DNA of 64,000 bases from an uncultured Chloroflexia bacterium (GTDB lineage: Bacteria; Chloroflexota; Dehalococcoidia; DSTF01; WHTK01). Positions 52,981 to 64,000 of the stretch are shown piece after piece. Within the stretch, counting starts at the first letter, position 1; the number at the start of each line of letters is the position of its first letter. The DNA is taken from assembly GCA_963711035.1 (NCBI GenBank), contig CAVQCN010000004.1:28538-92537 (forward strand), read 5' to 3'. Under the pieces are notes generated by a model, which saw nothing but the letters and a program-made list of their open reading frames with translations, did no database searches and was not told where the DNA came from. A program made the position numbers and the translations under genes.

Positions 52981-54045
52981 TCAGTCCATCGCTTCGGCAG
53001 GATGCGGACGGTTGCGCAGGCGCAAACCGACGAATATCAACGGCAGGGCGAAAATCGGCACCCACCACGCGAAGACGAGAACCCGGACGGCGCCGCCCAC
53101 GATGTCGCCCAGGAAGGCCATGCTGTCGTTCCAGCCGCGGCTCACCTGGTCGCCCAGCGTGGTGCCGCTGCCCGTGTCGCTGGTCTTGGCCACGACCACC
53201 GGCTGCAGGCTGACCGAGATCGTCGCCTCGTCCGTCAGGTTGTCGAGCAGGTTCATGCGGCCCTGGATCTGCTCGATCTGACCCCGCACGTCGGTGAGGC
53301 GGTCCTGCACCTGCAGGATGTCGCCGATGTTGTCCGCCTTGCCCAGCAGGGTAAGGAGCTGCGTCTCGGTCGCCTGCAGGTTGCGCAGGCGCGAGGCGAG
53401 GTCCGTGTACTGGTCGGTCACGTCGCCGGCGTTGGAGCTCTCGCTCACCACCTTGACGCCGAGGCCGCGCAGCTGACCGAGCACGTCCTGGTAGTGTGCC
53501 GCCGGCACGCGGATCGTCACGTTGGCGATCTGGTTGTCGCCCTTGTAGGAGAAGCTGGAGTTGGCGACGAAGCCGCCGGCGCTGCTCGCCACGCGACCCA
53601 CCGCGTCGAAGCTCTGCCCCACGTCGTCGACCTGAAGCTGCAGTGCGGCCGTCTGCACGATCTTGCGGTCGTCGGTGGACGTGGATGCGGCGTTTTGCAC
53701 CGGCCCGTACGGCGCCGAAGCCACGCCGCTCTTGCCGTCGCTCGCCGGCGCCGACTCCGCCACGGACAGGTTGGGGCCGTTCGTGACCGAACCGCCGCTG
53801 GCCGTGCCGGTATCGCCGGCGACGTCGGCGCCGGCTACCTGGCTCAGCGCCCGGCTCACGATGTCATCCGGTGCAAAGGTCGCCTCGGGGAGCGGCGGCT
53901 CATCGACCGGCGCAACGCTGTCTCTCGAGCTGACGTTGCTGCTGCCGCTGTTGTCGCGAAAAGCAAAGCCGGCCGCGGCGAGTACCGCCAGCGCGACGGC
54001 GCCGATGGCCGCGTACTTCACGAGCCTGTGCCTGTTCATCCTCAA
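52981..54045 (-). CDS. DUF4349 domain membrane protein
   Basis: RKIVQTA, TIRVP, DVTDQYTD, EQIQGR, C-terminal TM. Confidence 0.85.
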   Translation of the reverse strand: MRMNRHRLVKYAAIGAVALAVLAAAGFAFRDNSGSSNVSSRDSVAPVDEPPLPEATFAPDDIVSRALSQVAGADVAGDTGTASGGSVTNGPNLSVAESAPASDGKSGVASAPYGPVQNAASTSTDDRKIVQTAALQLQVDDVGQSFDAVGRVASSAGGFVANSSFSYKGDNQIANVTIRVPAAHYQDVLGQLRGLGVKVVSESSNAGDVTDQYTDLASRLRNLQATETQLLTLLGKADNIGDILQVQDRLTDVRGQIEQIQGRMNLLDNLTDEATISVSLQPVVVAKTSDTGSGTTLGDQVSRGWNDSMAFLGDIVGGAVRVLVFAWWVPIFALPLIFVGLRLRNRPHPAEAMD

Positions 54046-54181
54046 CCTCCTGCGGGGTCTGACGAATGCCTTTGCAGCATCAGACGCAAAGAGGTGAGGT
54101 TTGGTTCCCGTGGGTCAGTACGAAGGGCAGAGTTAAAGAAACGTCTTCGTCATCTCTGCACTTTGCGCTCCGTACTCTGCG

Positions 54182-55282
54182 CTAGGCGGCGCCGACTGCG
54201 TCCGCGATGCGGCGGCCCATCTCCTGGGTCGTGATTGGCTGCTCGCCGGGCTTGACGAGGTCCGGCGTGCGCGCGCCTTCCGCCAGCACCTTGTCGACGG
54301 CCTGCTCGACGGCCTGGGCCGCGTCCGGCAGGTCGAAGGAGAGGCGCAGCATCAGTGCGGCGCTGAGGATCATCGAGATCGGGTTCGCCTTGCCCTGACC
54401 GGCGATGTCCGGCGCCGAGCCGTGGATCGGCTCGTAGAGGCCGAAGCCTTTCTCGTTCAATGACGCGGACCCGACGAGGCCGATGGAGCCGGGCAGCACC
54501 GACGCTTCGTCCGAGAGAATGTCGCCGAACAGGTTGGACGTGAGCATGACGTCGAACTGACGCGGATTGCTGATCAGCTGCATCGAGGCGTTGTCGACGT
54601 GCATGTACTCCAGCATCACGTCCGGGAACTCCTTGGCGATCTCCTCGACCACCTCGCGCCAGAAGACGCCGGACGTCATGACGTTCGACTTGGCAATCAG
54701 CGTCACCTTGCGCCGCCGCCCCGCGGCCAGCCGGAAGCCATCGCGGGCGAAGCGCTCAATCTCGTGCTCGCGGTAGACCTCGGTGTCGTAGACTTCGCGC
54801 TCCATGCGCTCGTGAGGGCCCTCCACCTGGCGCTCGCCGCTGGGGCCGAAGTAGATGCCGGAGGCCAGCTCGCGGCAGATGAGGATGTCGGTGCCGCGCA
54901 CTCGGTCCTCCTTGATCGGCGAGAGGTCGAGCATCGAGTCGGGCACGATGATGGGGCGCAGGTTGAGGTAGAGGTCGAAATACTTGCGCAGCGGCAAGAT
55001 CGCGTTCTTCTCCACGCCCTGCCACTTCGGATGGTTCACCTCGGTGGTCGGCCCGCCGAACGGACCCTTGAGGATCGCGTCGGACGCGGCGCAGGTGTCG
55101 AGCGTGGACTGGGGAAGGTGCTCACCGAACGCGTCCCAGGCAGCGCCGCCGGCCAGCGCCTCCTGAAACTCGAAGGTGTGGCCGAAGCGCCGGCCCACGG
55201 CCTCGAGCACGCGGCGCGCCTCCGCCACGATCTCCGGCCCGATGTAGTCACCCGGTGTGACCGCGATCTTGAAGTTGCTCAT
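54182..55282 (-). CDS. leuB: 3-isopropylmalate dehydrogenase
   Basis: GDYIGPEI, NLFGDILSD, EPIHGSAPDIAG. Confidence 0.96.
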   Translation of the reverse strand: MSNFKIAVTPGDYIGPEIVAEARRVLEAVGRRFGHTFEFQEALAGGAAWDAFGEHLPQSTLDTCAASDAILKGPFGGPTTEVNHPKWQGVEKNAILPLRKYFDLYLNLRPIIVPDSMLDLSPIKEDRVRGTDILICRELASGIYFGPSGERQVEGPHERMEREVYDTEVYREHEIERFARDGFRLAAGRRRKVTLIAKSNVMTSGVFWREVVEEIAKEFPDVMLEYMHVDNASMQLISNPRQFDVMLTSNLFGDILSDEASVLPGSIGLVGSASLNEKGFGLYEPIHGSAPDIAGQGKANPISMILSAALMLRLSFDLPDAAQAVEQAVDKVLAEGARTPDLVKPGEQPITTQEMGRRIADAVGAA

Positions 55283-55293
55283 GGAGGCTCCAG

Positions 55294-55887
55294 CTAGGCC
55301 GTCGTTGTTTCCGGCAGGAACTCGGGGCGCTTCGACTCGAAGGCCGTAATGTCGCCTTCATGCTGCAGTGTCAGGCTGATGTCGTCCAGCCCGTTGAGCA
55401 GGCAGTGCTTGACGAACGGGTCGATATCGAAGTGCGCCGACCAGTTGGCGTAGGACACGGTCTGCGACTCGAGGTCGATGCCGAGCTCGAAGTCGGGCGT
55501 CTCCTCCGCGCGCGCCAGCAGGCGGTCGACATCGTCCTTGGGCAGCACGACGGTAAGCAGGCCGATCTTGGCGCAGTTGTTGCGGAAGATGTCTGCGAAG
55601 GAGGGCGCGATGATCGCATTGAAGCCGTAATCCTGAATTGCCCAGGGCGCGTGCTCGCGGGAGGAGCCGCAGCCGAAGTTGGGCCCGGCCAGCAGAATGG
55701 GGGCGCCGGCGTACCGCTGGTCGTTGATGATGAAGTTCGGGTCCTGCCGCCAGCTATCGAACAGGAAGCGCCCGAAACCGGTTCGCTCCACCAGCTTCAG
55801 GTACTTTGCGGGGATGATCTGGTCCGTGTCGACGTCGGCGCGGTTGACGGGCAGCGTCTTGCCCTCGATGTGGTTCACGGGCTCCAT
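55294..55887 (-). CDS. leuD: 3-isopropylmalate dehydratase small subunit
   Basis: DTDQIIP, NFGCGSSREHA, GLDDI. Confidence 0.97.
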   Translation of the reverse strand: MEPVNHIEGKTLPVNRADVDTDQIIPAKYLKLVERTGFGRFLFDSWRQDPNFIINDQRYAGAPILLAGPNFGCGSSREHAPWAIQDYGFNAIIAPSFADIFRNNCAKIGLLTVVLPKDDVDRLLARAEETPDFELGIDLESQTVSYANWSAHFDIDPFVKHCLLNGLDDISLTLQHEGDITAFESKRPEFLPETTTA

Positions 55888-57300
55888 TTAATTCACCTTC
55901 CACTTGCGGATGTCGACGAAGTGCCCCGCGACCGCGGCCGCGGCCGCCATCTGGGGGCTGACGAGGTGGGTGCGGCCACCGGGACCCTGCCGTCCCTCGA
56001 AGTTGCGGTTCGAGGTCGAGGCACAGCGCTCGCCGGGCAGCAGGAAGTCCGGGTTCATGCCGAGACACATCGAACAGCCCGCGTCACGCCACTCGAAGCC
56101 CGCGTCCGCGAAGATTTTGTCGAGCCCTTCCTGCTCCGCCTGCGCCTTCACGAGACCGGAGCCCGGCACCACCATGGCGCGCACGCTGGGCGCCACGTGA
56201 TAGCCGCGCACGACGCCGGCGGCGGCGCGCAGGTCCTCGATGCGCGAGTTGGTGCAGGAGCCGATGAAGACGCGGTCAAGAGAGACGTCTTCGATCGCCG
56301 TGCCGGGCTTGAGGTCCTGATACTTCAGGGAGCGCCAGCCCAGCTCGCGGGCCTGCGTGTCCTCGAAGCTGTCCGGGTCGGGGATGCGAGACGTCACCGG
56401 CACGCTCTGAGCCGGCGTCGTGCCCCAGGTGACCGAGGGCTCGATGTCCTCGGCGATGAGGCTGACGGTCTTGTCGAACGTGGCGCTGTCGTCCGTAGGC
56501 AGCGAGCGCCAGTAGTCCAGCGCCGCCTCCCACTCCTTGCCCTTCGGCGCGAAGGGACGGCCTTCGACGTACGCGAAGGTCGTGTCGTCCGGCGCCACCA
56601 TGCCGGCGCGGGCGCCGCCCTCGATCGACATGTTGCAGACCGTCATGCGGCCTTCCATCGACAAGTTGCGGATCGTGTCGCCGCGGTACTCGATAACGTG
56701 GCCGATGCCGCCGGAGACGCCGATCTGGCGGATGATCGCCAGGATGACGTCCTTCGCCGTGACGCCGTCCGAGAGCTTGCCGTTGACCTCGACCGCCATT
56801 GTCTTCGGGCGCCGCTGGGGCAGTGTCTGCGTGGCGAGTACGTGCTCCACCTCAGACGTTCCGATGCCGATCGCCAGCGCGCCGAGGGCGCCGTGCGTGG
56901 CCGTGTGGCTATCGCCGCACACGATGGTCATGCCGGGCTGAGACAGCCCCTGCTCCGGCCCGATGACGTGGACGATGCCCTGCCGCACGTCGTTGACACC
57001 GAAGTACTGCAGGTCGAAGAAGTTCACGTTGTTGTCCAGCACCTCGACCTGCTGAATCGAAAGCGGGTCCGGCCAGGGCTTGTCGCGGTCGGCGGTCGGG
57101 ACGTTGTGGTCTGGCGTCGCCACCGTGAGATCGGGGCGGCGGACCTTGCGGCCGGCCATGCGCAGCGACTCGAACGCCTGCGCCGAGGTCACTTCATGCA
57201 CGAGGTGCAGATCGATGTACAGCAGATCGGGCTGGCCAGCCTCCGATCGCACGATGTGGGCGTCCCATATCTTCTCTGAAAGCGTCCTCGCTTCCGGCAT
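55888..57300 (-). CDS. leuC: 3-isopropylmalate dehydratase large subunit
   Basis: [36 protein letters not shown]. Confidence 0.97.
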   Translation of the reverse strand: MPEARTLSEKIWDAHIVRSEAGQPDLLYIDLHLVHEVTSAQAFESLRMAGRKVRRPDLTVATPDHNVPTADRDKPWPDPLSIQQVEVLDNNVNFFDLQYFGVNDVRQGIVHVIGPEQGLSQPGMTIVCGDSHTATHGALGALAIGIGTSEVEHVLATQTLPQRRPKTMAVEVNGKLSDGVTAKDVILAIIRQIGVSGGIGHVIEYRGDTIRNLSMEGRMTVCNMSIEGGARAGMVAPDDTTFAYVEGRPFAPKGKEWEAALDYWRSLPTDDSATFDKTVSLIAEDIEPSVTWGTTPAQSVPVTSRIPDPDSFEDTQARELGWRSLKYQDLKPGTAIEDVSLDRVFIGSCTNSRIEDLRAAAGVVRGYHVAPSVRAMVVPGSGLVKAQAEQEGLDKIFADAGFEWRDAGCSMCLGMNPDFLLPGERCASTSNRNFEGRQGPGGRTHLVSPQMAAAAAVAGHFVDIRKWKVN

Positions 57301-57459
57301 CTACTACTCCCTTGGGGGCGCCGTATCGCGCGCGGCACCCGCTATGTCCGAATTACGTAACGATTATGTCATCTAGCCGCAGGCAGGCATGACCAGGTCG
57401 CAACCTGCTTCCAGGGCAGCGGCGATGATTATAGCGTCCCGACTCCGAAGCCTGCCTCG

Positions 57460-59244
<1,785 letters not shown>

Positions 59245-59323
59245 CTATGACAACGGCCGGTCATTTCGGCTCCTCCCTCGAATCGAGTTTCTGGCACAAG
59301 TCCAGGCAGGCCCTCCTCTCGCG

Positions 59324-59407
59324 CTAGGCGAGAGAGGGCCGGAGAAGTCTGAGGCGGCCCCGTAAACGCGGAGTCAGACCGCTCGCCCCGATCGGGGCCG
59401 GTTTCAT
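59324..59407 (-). promoter_or_regulatory. Putative Leu-rich leader peptide upstream of leuA
   Basis: MKPAPIGASGLTPRLRGRLRLLRPSLA*; stop codon in loop of hairpin 59309-59340. Confidence 0.5.
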
Positions 59408-59430
59408 CCGCACCACGTCCGCTCGTTGAG

Positions 59431-60000
59431 TCACAGCAGGCTGCCTACCTGGGCTTTGCCCTCACCGGCGGAGCGGTAATGGCGAAAGCCGTCTTCGTGA
59501 TGGACGCCGGGGCCGCCGCGCGTCATGGCGATACGGCCGGTCCGCATCAGCTCCTTGACGCCGAAGGGCGTCAGCAGCTCGTACAGCGCCTCGATCTTGT
59601 CCTCGTTGCCGGTGACCTCGACGACCAGCGAGTCCGCCGCGACATCGATGATGTTGGCGCGGAACATGGCGACGATGTCCACGATCTCGGCCCGGCTGTT
59701 GGCGTCCGCGGCCACCCGGATCAGGGCCAGCTCCCGCGCCACGATGTCCTCACCGCTGAGGTCCGTAATCTGGACCACCTCAATGACCTTGAACAGCTGC
59801 TTGGTCACCTGGTCGACGTCGTGCATGGCGCCGTCGACCGTAAAGGTCATGCGCGAGAGGCCGGGTATCTCCGAGTGGCCGACAGCCAGCGACTCGATGT
59901 TGAAGCCGCGCTGCCGCCACTTGGAGACGATGCGGTTGAGCACGCCAGGCTTGTCCTCGACCAGCGCGACGATCGTGTGATGCTGTGCTCGCGAGGGCAT
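59431..60000 (-). CDS. ilvN: Acetolactate synthase small subunit
   Basis: VEDKPGVLNRI, FNIESLAVG, RELALI, RTG. Confidence 0.95.
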   Translation of the reverse strand: MPSRAQHHTIVALVEDKPGVLNRIVSKWRQRGFNIESLAVGHSEIPGLSRMTFTVDGAMHDVDQVTKQLFKVIEVVQITDLSGEDIVARELALIRVAADANSRAEIVDIVAMFRANIIDVAADSLVVEVTGNEDKIEALYELLTPFGVKELMRTGRIAMTRGGPGVHHEDGFRHYRSAGEGKAQVGSLL

Positions 60001-61721
60001 CAGTGCGTCCCTCCCATCGCCGGCTGGCCGCTGCGCTGCGGCGCCTGCTCGTACGGCGAATCGACCGTCTCCTGCAGCGACGCGCCGGGCGGCACCATGG
60101 GGAACGTGTTCTCGTACTCCTCGACCTGGAAGTCGATCAATACGGGGCCGGGGTGGCTCAGCGCCAGGTCGATACTCGGCTGCACCTGCGATTTGTCGGT
60201 AACGCGCAGGGCACGCATGCCGTAGGCCTCGGCCAGCTTGACGAAGTCGGGCTGATATATGCGCACCGAGGAGAGGTTGTTCTTGTAGAACAACTCCTGC
60301 CACTGGCGCACCATGCCCAGGTAGCCGTTGTTGATGATGGCGAACTTGATCGGCAGCTCGTACTCGACCACCGTGGCAAGCTCCTGCGACGTCATCTGAA
60401 AGCCTCCGTCGCCGCAGATAGACCAGACGGTAGACTTCAGGTCGGCGAACTGAGCGCCGACCGCGGCCGGCACCTCGAAGCCCATCGTGCCGAGGCCCCC
60501 GGATGTGACGAAGCCAGCCGGCTTGTCGATCCAGAAGTACTGCGCCGCCCACATCTGGTGCTGGCCGACGCCGGTCACGTAGTAGGCGTCGGCGCCCGAC
60601 GCGTCGTAAATCGACTTGATGACGTACTGCGGCAAGATCTTGTCCGTCTCCGGGAAGCTGATCGAGGGATGCTTGTCGCGCAGGTCACGGATCCAGGCCA
60701 GCCACTCGTCGTGGCGAGCGGGGTCGACCTGCTGAATGAGCTCGTTCAACACCTGCTTCACGTCACCGACAATCGGCACCGCCGTCGGCAGGTTCTTGCC
60801 GATCTCGGCCGGATCGATGTCGATATGGACGATCTTGGCGTGCGGCGCGAAGTCGTTGAGACGGCCGGTAACACGGTCGTCGAAGCGCATGCCGACCGAC
60901 ATCAGCAGGTCGCACTCGCTGATCGCCTGGTTATTCCAATACATGCCGTGCATGCCGGGCATGCCCATGTTCAACTCGTGCGTGCCAGGAAAACCGCCGA
61001 GGCCCAGCAGCGTCGTGATCACGGGGATCTGGGCCCGCTCCGCGAATGCGACGAGCTCGTCCCAGGCGCGCGAGATGACGACGCCGTGGCCGGCCATGAT
61101 CACGGGCTTCTGTGCCTCGTTGATCAGCTTCGCAGCTCGTCCGATCTGATGCGGATCCGCCTCGATGTCGGCGTGATAGCCGGGCAGGTTCAGGGCCGGC
61201 GGCCACTCGAACTCGCAGGTCTGCTGCTGCACGTCGCGCGGGATGTCGACCAAGACGGGGCCAGGACGTCCTGTCGTGGCGATATGGAACGCCTCGTGGA
61301 TCGCCGGGGCGATGTCCTCGACGTTGAGCACCAGCGTGTTGTGCTTGGTAATCGGGATCGTGATGCCGGTAATGTCCGCTTCCTGGAAGCCGTCGCGGCC
61401 GATCAGCCAGCTGACGACGGCGCCCGTGATGCAGACAACCGGCACCGAGTCCATCCAGGCGTTGGCGATACCGGTAACCAGGTTGGTGGCGCCGGGGCCG
61501 GACGTGGCCCAGCAAACACCTGCTTTGCCTGTGATGCGCGCGTAGGCGTCGGCGGCGTGCGCGGCCGCCTGCTCGTGCCGCACCATGACGTGCCGCAGGG
61601 CCGGGTACTGGGGCAGCGTGTCGTACATGGGCAGGTTGGCGCCGCCGGGATAACCGAAGACGGTATCGGTACCCTCGCGAATGAGGGACTCCATGATGAT
61701 CTGTGCGCCTGTGAGTTTCAC
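60000..61721 (-). CDS. ilvB: Acetolactate synthase large subunit
   Basis: FGYPGGA, RHEQ, TSGPGATN, GDGGFQM...NN. Confidence 0.97.
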   Translation of the reverse strand: MKLTGAQIIMESLIREGTDTVFGYPGGANLPMYDTLPQYPALRHVMVRHEQAAAHAADAYARITGKAGVCWATSGPGATNLVTGIANAWMDSVPVVCITGAVVSWLIGRDGFQEADITGITIPITKHNTLVLNVEDIAPAIHEAFHIATTGRPGPVLVDIPRDVQQQTCEFEWPPALNLPGYHADIEADPHQIGRAAKLINEAQKPVIMAGHGVVISRAWDELVAFAERAQIPVITTLLGLGGFPGTHELNMGMPGMHGMYWNNQAISECDLLMSVGMRFDDRVTGRLNDFAPHAKIVHIDIDPAEIGKNLPTAVPIVGDVKQVLNELIQQVDPARHDEWLAWIRDLRDKHPSISFPETDKILPQYVIKSIYDASGADAYYVTGVGQHQMWAAQYFWIDKPAGFVTSGGLGTMGFEVPAAVGAQFADLKSTVWSICGDGGFQMTSQELATVVEYELPIKFAIINNGYLGMVRQWQELFYKNNLSSVRIYQPDFVKLAEAYGMRALRVTDKSQVQPSIDLALSHPGPVLIDFQVEEYENTFPMVPPGASLQETVDSPYEQAPQRSGQPAMGGTH

Positions 61722-61808
61722 TCCATCCTCCGGGAGTCAGCCGGCCGTCTCAGGCCGACGGATTGTCGCTTGGTCGTTCACGTCCCTCCCCGCGCGGGCG
61801 AGAAAGGA

Positions 61809-61979
61809 CTAGCTAAGGAGGAGAGCCAGGAATGCAGGCCGCAGCGTCCTTAGCGGAGCAGACGCGAGCTCCAGGCCCGCGCGGCCTACTGCCAGGTCTC
61901 GGCCTGCCGAACCCACAGTCGAGTTCTCGACAGAATCCGAGACCCTGATGGCCTCCGCTGCTAGCGACCGTATCGTCAT
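61809..61979 (-). CDS. Putative 56-aa leader peptide with Leu-rich C-terminus
   Basis: AAGGA RBS, ATG, ends PLRTLRPAFLALLLS*. Confidence 0.5.
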   Translation of the reverse strand: MTIRSLAAEAIRVSDSVENSTVGSAGRDLAVGRAGLELASAPLRTLRPAFLALLLS

Positions 61980-62029
61980 CGTTTTCCTTCGGCGATCGGG
62001 GAACGCCCCGATCTTTGCCTCGCAAACCA

Positions 62030-62252
62030 ATAAAAAATCCCGTCTCGCAAGGGATCCCTGCAGAACGGGACGGTACCACCCTAGTTGTCACTTCCGGTAC
62101 CCGGAAGGACCACTCGACGCTGTATCGGGCTTACCCGCTCCGACGTTGCCGGAGAGCTCAAGGGCGAGTTCGAGGCGCTTGTGGCTGCCGGCTTGCACTC
62201 TCCCGGCTCGCTGGATGCCCGCGACGCGCTCTACTATTCCCCTTCGTCGCTA
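62030..62252 (-). ncRNA. T-box riboswitch with Leu (CUC) specifier and terminator
   Basis: GGGAATAGTAG, CAGCGAGCCGGG...GTGCAAGCCGG stem I, GAA-CTC specifier (62166-62168), AACTAGGGTGGTACCG T-box, hairpin plus TTTTTT. Confidence 0.9.
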
Positions 62253-62270
62253 CCTATAGGACTAATGCAA

Positions 62271-62299
62271 ACTGTAGCCGCAGGCTTATGTCCTGTCAA
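62271..62299 (-). promoter_or_regulatory. Sigma70 promoter of ilv-leu operon
   Basis: TTGACA-N17-TACAGT just upstream of the T-box. Confidence 0.75.
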
Positions 62300-62336
62300 C
62301 GCGGCGATGTAAACCCTTCGTCAAGACCAGGAGTGC

Positions 62337-62465
62337 CAGCCGGGGTGCTGAGAAACGGAGATAACGCCCTTCGAGAGCCTCAGGATGAGCGTGATTCAGA
62401 GCCCCGCTCGTGGTGAGGCTCTCGTACCACGACTTGATCGAGAAGGGTTTCTCAGCACCCTGCTA
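62337..62465. mobile_element. MITE copy 2 (~129 bp)
   Basis: Colinear homolog of 29986-30112; ends TTTCTCAGCACCCTGCTA. Confidence 0.8.
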
Positions 62466-62888
62466 GGTCTGCCGTTCGCACTCCGCCTTGAGGCCATTCG
62501 CCTCCATGTTCACGTAGCGATTGCTGATGCCCTTGAGCCACCAGCCCATCAGCAGCGTGAACGGCCCCTTCTGCTCCAGCGTCAGCGTCACGGTGGTCTG
62601 CCCTTCGCCGGCCGCCGTGGCGCGGTGACCTGCGACGGTGTGAATGCCGGGGCCGGACGCTTGCCACTCAAAGTAGCTACCCGGCTCGACCTGCGTCACC
62701 GTCCAGACGGCGGCAGGCAGGCGCGGCTGCTGGATACGCACGCGGGCGTTCGGCGACAGTTCATTTCCTTCGACGAACTGCAGCGACTTCATGGATGGCG
62801 TCCAGCCCGGCCAGCGTTGCACGTCCACTAACACCTGCCACACGCGCTCCGGCGGGGCATTGATTGTCCGAGTCACTTCGAGACGCAT
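62463..62888 (-). CDS. SRPBCC/polyketide cyclase family protein
   Basis: INAPPERVWQVLVDVQRWPGW...GLKAECE. Confidence 0.88.
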   Translation of the reverse strand: MRLEVTRTINAPPERVWQVLVDVQRWPGWTPSMKSLQFVEGNELSPNARVRIQQPRLPAAVWTVTQVEPGSYFEWQASGPGIHTVAGHRATAAGEGQTTVTLTLEQKGPFTLLMGWWLKGISNRYVNMEANGLKAECERQT

Positions 62889-62911
62889 CGGCGGGAAGAT
62901 GCGAAGGCCTG

Positions 62912-63622
62912 TCAGGCCTCGACGGGCTCCAGGTCCGGCAGGAGGCGCCGCCGAAACGCCGCTTCGACGCGAGACAGCGCTGCCAGGCCTTTGCGCGTAT
63001 CGGAGGCGACGCGGGCGCCCTCGTGGCGGCGCACGCGGTACTTGAACAGCCAGTAGGTGAACTCTTTGAGCTCGGCAAGGTCGAGATGATCGGATGGCTC
63101 CAGCTTGCGCTCCTTTTGAAACTCGGCCAGCAGCGCAGCCTGCGACTCGCCGTACAGGCGATCGAAGACGCCTTCTCCTTCCCGCTCGCCCGCAGACCAC
63201 ACCCTGGCGTGGCCTTCCTTGGCCAGCTCCTCCTCAACCGCCAGCTGCAGCGCCTCTTCGACGACGATGCCGTAGAGGTAGTTGAGGTAGGCCTGGTACT
63301 TCGGTGTGCCAATCAACGCCTGGAACTCCTCGTCGTCGATCTCGAGGGGCGGATGACCGTGGAAGAGCAGCGCCTCGCGGTCCTTGTCGCCGACGGCGTC
63401 GCCGAGCTCGTCCAGCAGGCGCTCGGCCAGCAGCAGCCAGTCGAAAGCCTCGCCGCCGATGAGGTAGCGGTAGCGGCGGCCATCGATGACCTCTTCGGCC
63501 TGGCTCCAGCGCGCCATGGTCTTGAGGAGTGCGATGTACCAGTGCTCGCCCGCCTCGATCGTTTCACGCAGGTAGGCCAGCGATTCCGCTTCGGTCGTCT
63601 CAGTTTCGGTTGCAGTCGTCAA
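62912..63622 (-). CDS. Hypothetical protein
   Basis: Typical codon usage; YLIGGEAFDWLLLAERL; family not recognised. Confidence 0.75.
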   Translation of the reverse strand: MTTATETETTEAESLAYLRETIEAGEHWYIALLKTMARWSQAEEVIDGRRYRYLIGGEAFDWLLLAERLLDELGDAVGDKDREALLFHGHPPLEIDDEEFQALIGTPKYQAYLNYLYGIVVEEALQLAVEEELAKEGHARVWSAGEREGEGVFDRLYGESQAALLAEFQKERKLEPSDHLDLAELKEFTYWLFKYRVRRHEGARVASDTRKGLAALSRVEAAFRRRLLPDLEPVEA

Positions 63623-63749
63623 TCGTCAACTCGTAGCTGTCTGACTGAGTGTCGGCAGCCCATGCACAAAAGTACATGAGGCGGTCGGTGACGGGAAAGA
63701 CCGGAAACGAGACCGCAACAAAGCCCGGCAAGACGCCGGACCTGATTCC

Positions 63750-64000
63750 TCAGGCTGCGACACCGTGGCAGCGCTTGAACTTCTTGCCGGAACCACACCA
63801 GCAGGGATCGTTGCGACCCATCTTGCGGCCGTTGACGCGGCCGGCGGGCACGGCGGCCTGATCGGGGCGGTTCTCACGCAGTTGCTGCGCCGGGCGCCCG
63901 GCTCCGACCGCCGCCGCTGCGGCCGCGGCAGGAGCGGCAACCGGTGGAGGGCTCGGTTGCTGCGTGGAGAGGCCGACGTGGTAGATAGCGTGCGCGACCG
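63750..64000 (-). CDS. secA: SecA C-terminus with SEC-C motif, truncated by window edge
   Basis: Hand translation ...[25 protein letters not shown]. Confidence 0.85.
   Translation of the reverse strand, partial: VAHAIYHVGLSTQQPSPPPVAAPAAAAAAAVGAGRPAQQLRENRPDQAAVPAGRVNGRKMGRNDPCWCGSGKKFKRCHGVAA

Noticed and set aside
52246-53130. Diversity-generating retroelement TR/VR pair
   Set aside because: Mismatched adenines fall in both copies, changes are mostly synonymous, and there is no reverse transcriptase in the window

Overview
GC-rich bacterial core-genome segment, most consistent with Chloroflexota (Dehalococcoidia-like; inferred from tuf-rpmG-secE-nusG-rplKAJL with no rpoBC after it, and from gene style). 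It holds tkt, proBA, mutM, larBC, radC, a three-tRNA/tuf/ribosomal-protein cluster, rpsU-yqeY-7TM-HD-purQ, two convergent MoxR operons (each with one frameshifted gene), prmA-dnaJ, dgoD-like, ino1, thrC-NIL-MoaD, ilvBN-leuACDB and the 3' end of secA. No CRISPR array, transposase, integrase or phage module was seen. Best candidate for an undescribed system: a myo-inositol-1-phosphate synthase with an N-terminal Cro-like helix-turn-helix domain, directly preceded by a perfect 17-bp palindrome over its putative promoter, suggesting a self-regulating enzyme. Other highlights: layered leucine control (Leu T-box plus two Leu-rich leader peptides sharing a hairpin), a Clp-N gene between 150-bp duplicated gene ends, a MITE found twice at TAG stop codons, a sulfur carrier ending Gly-Gly-Cys, and heptamer/REP repeats. 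All calls come from reading the sequence by eye; no database search was run.
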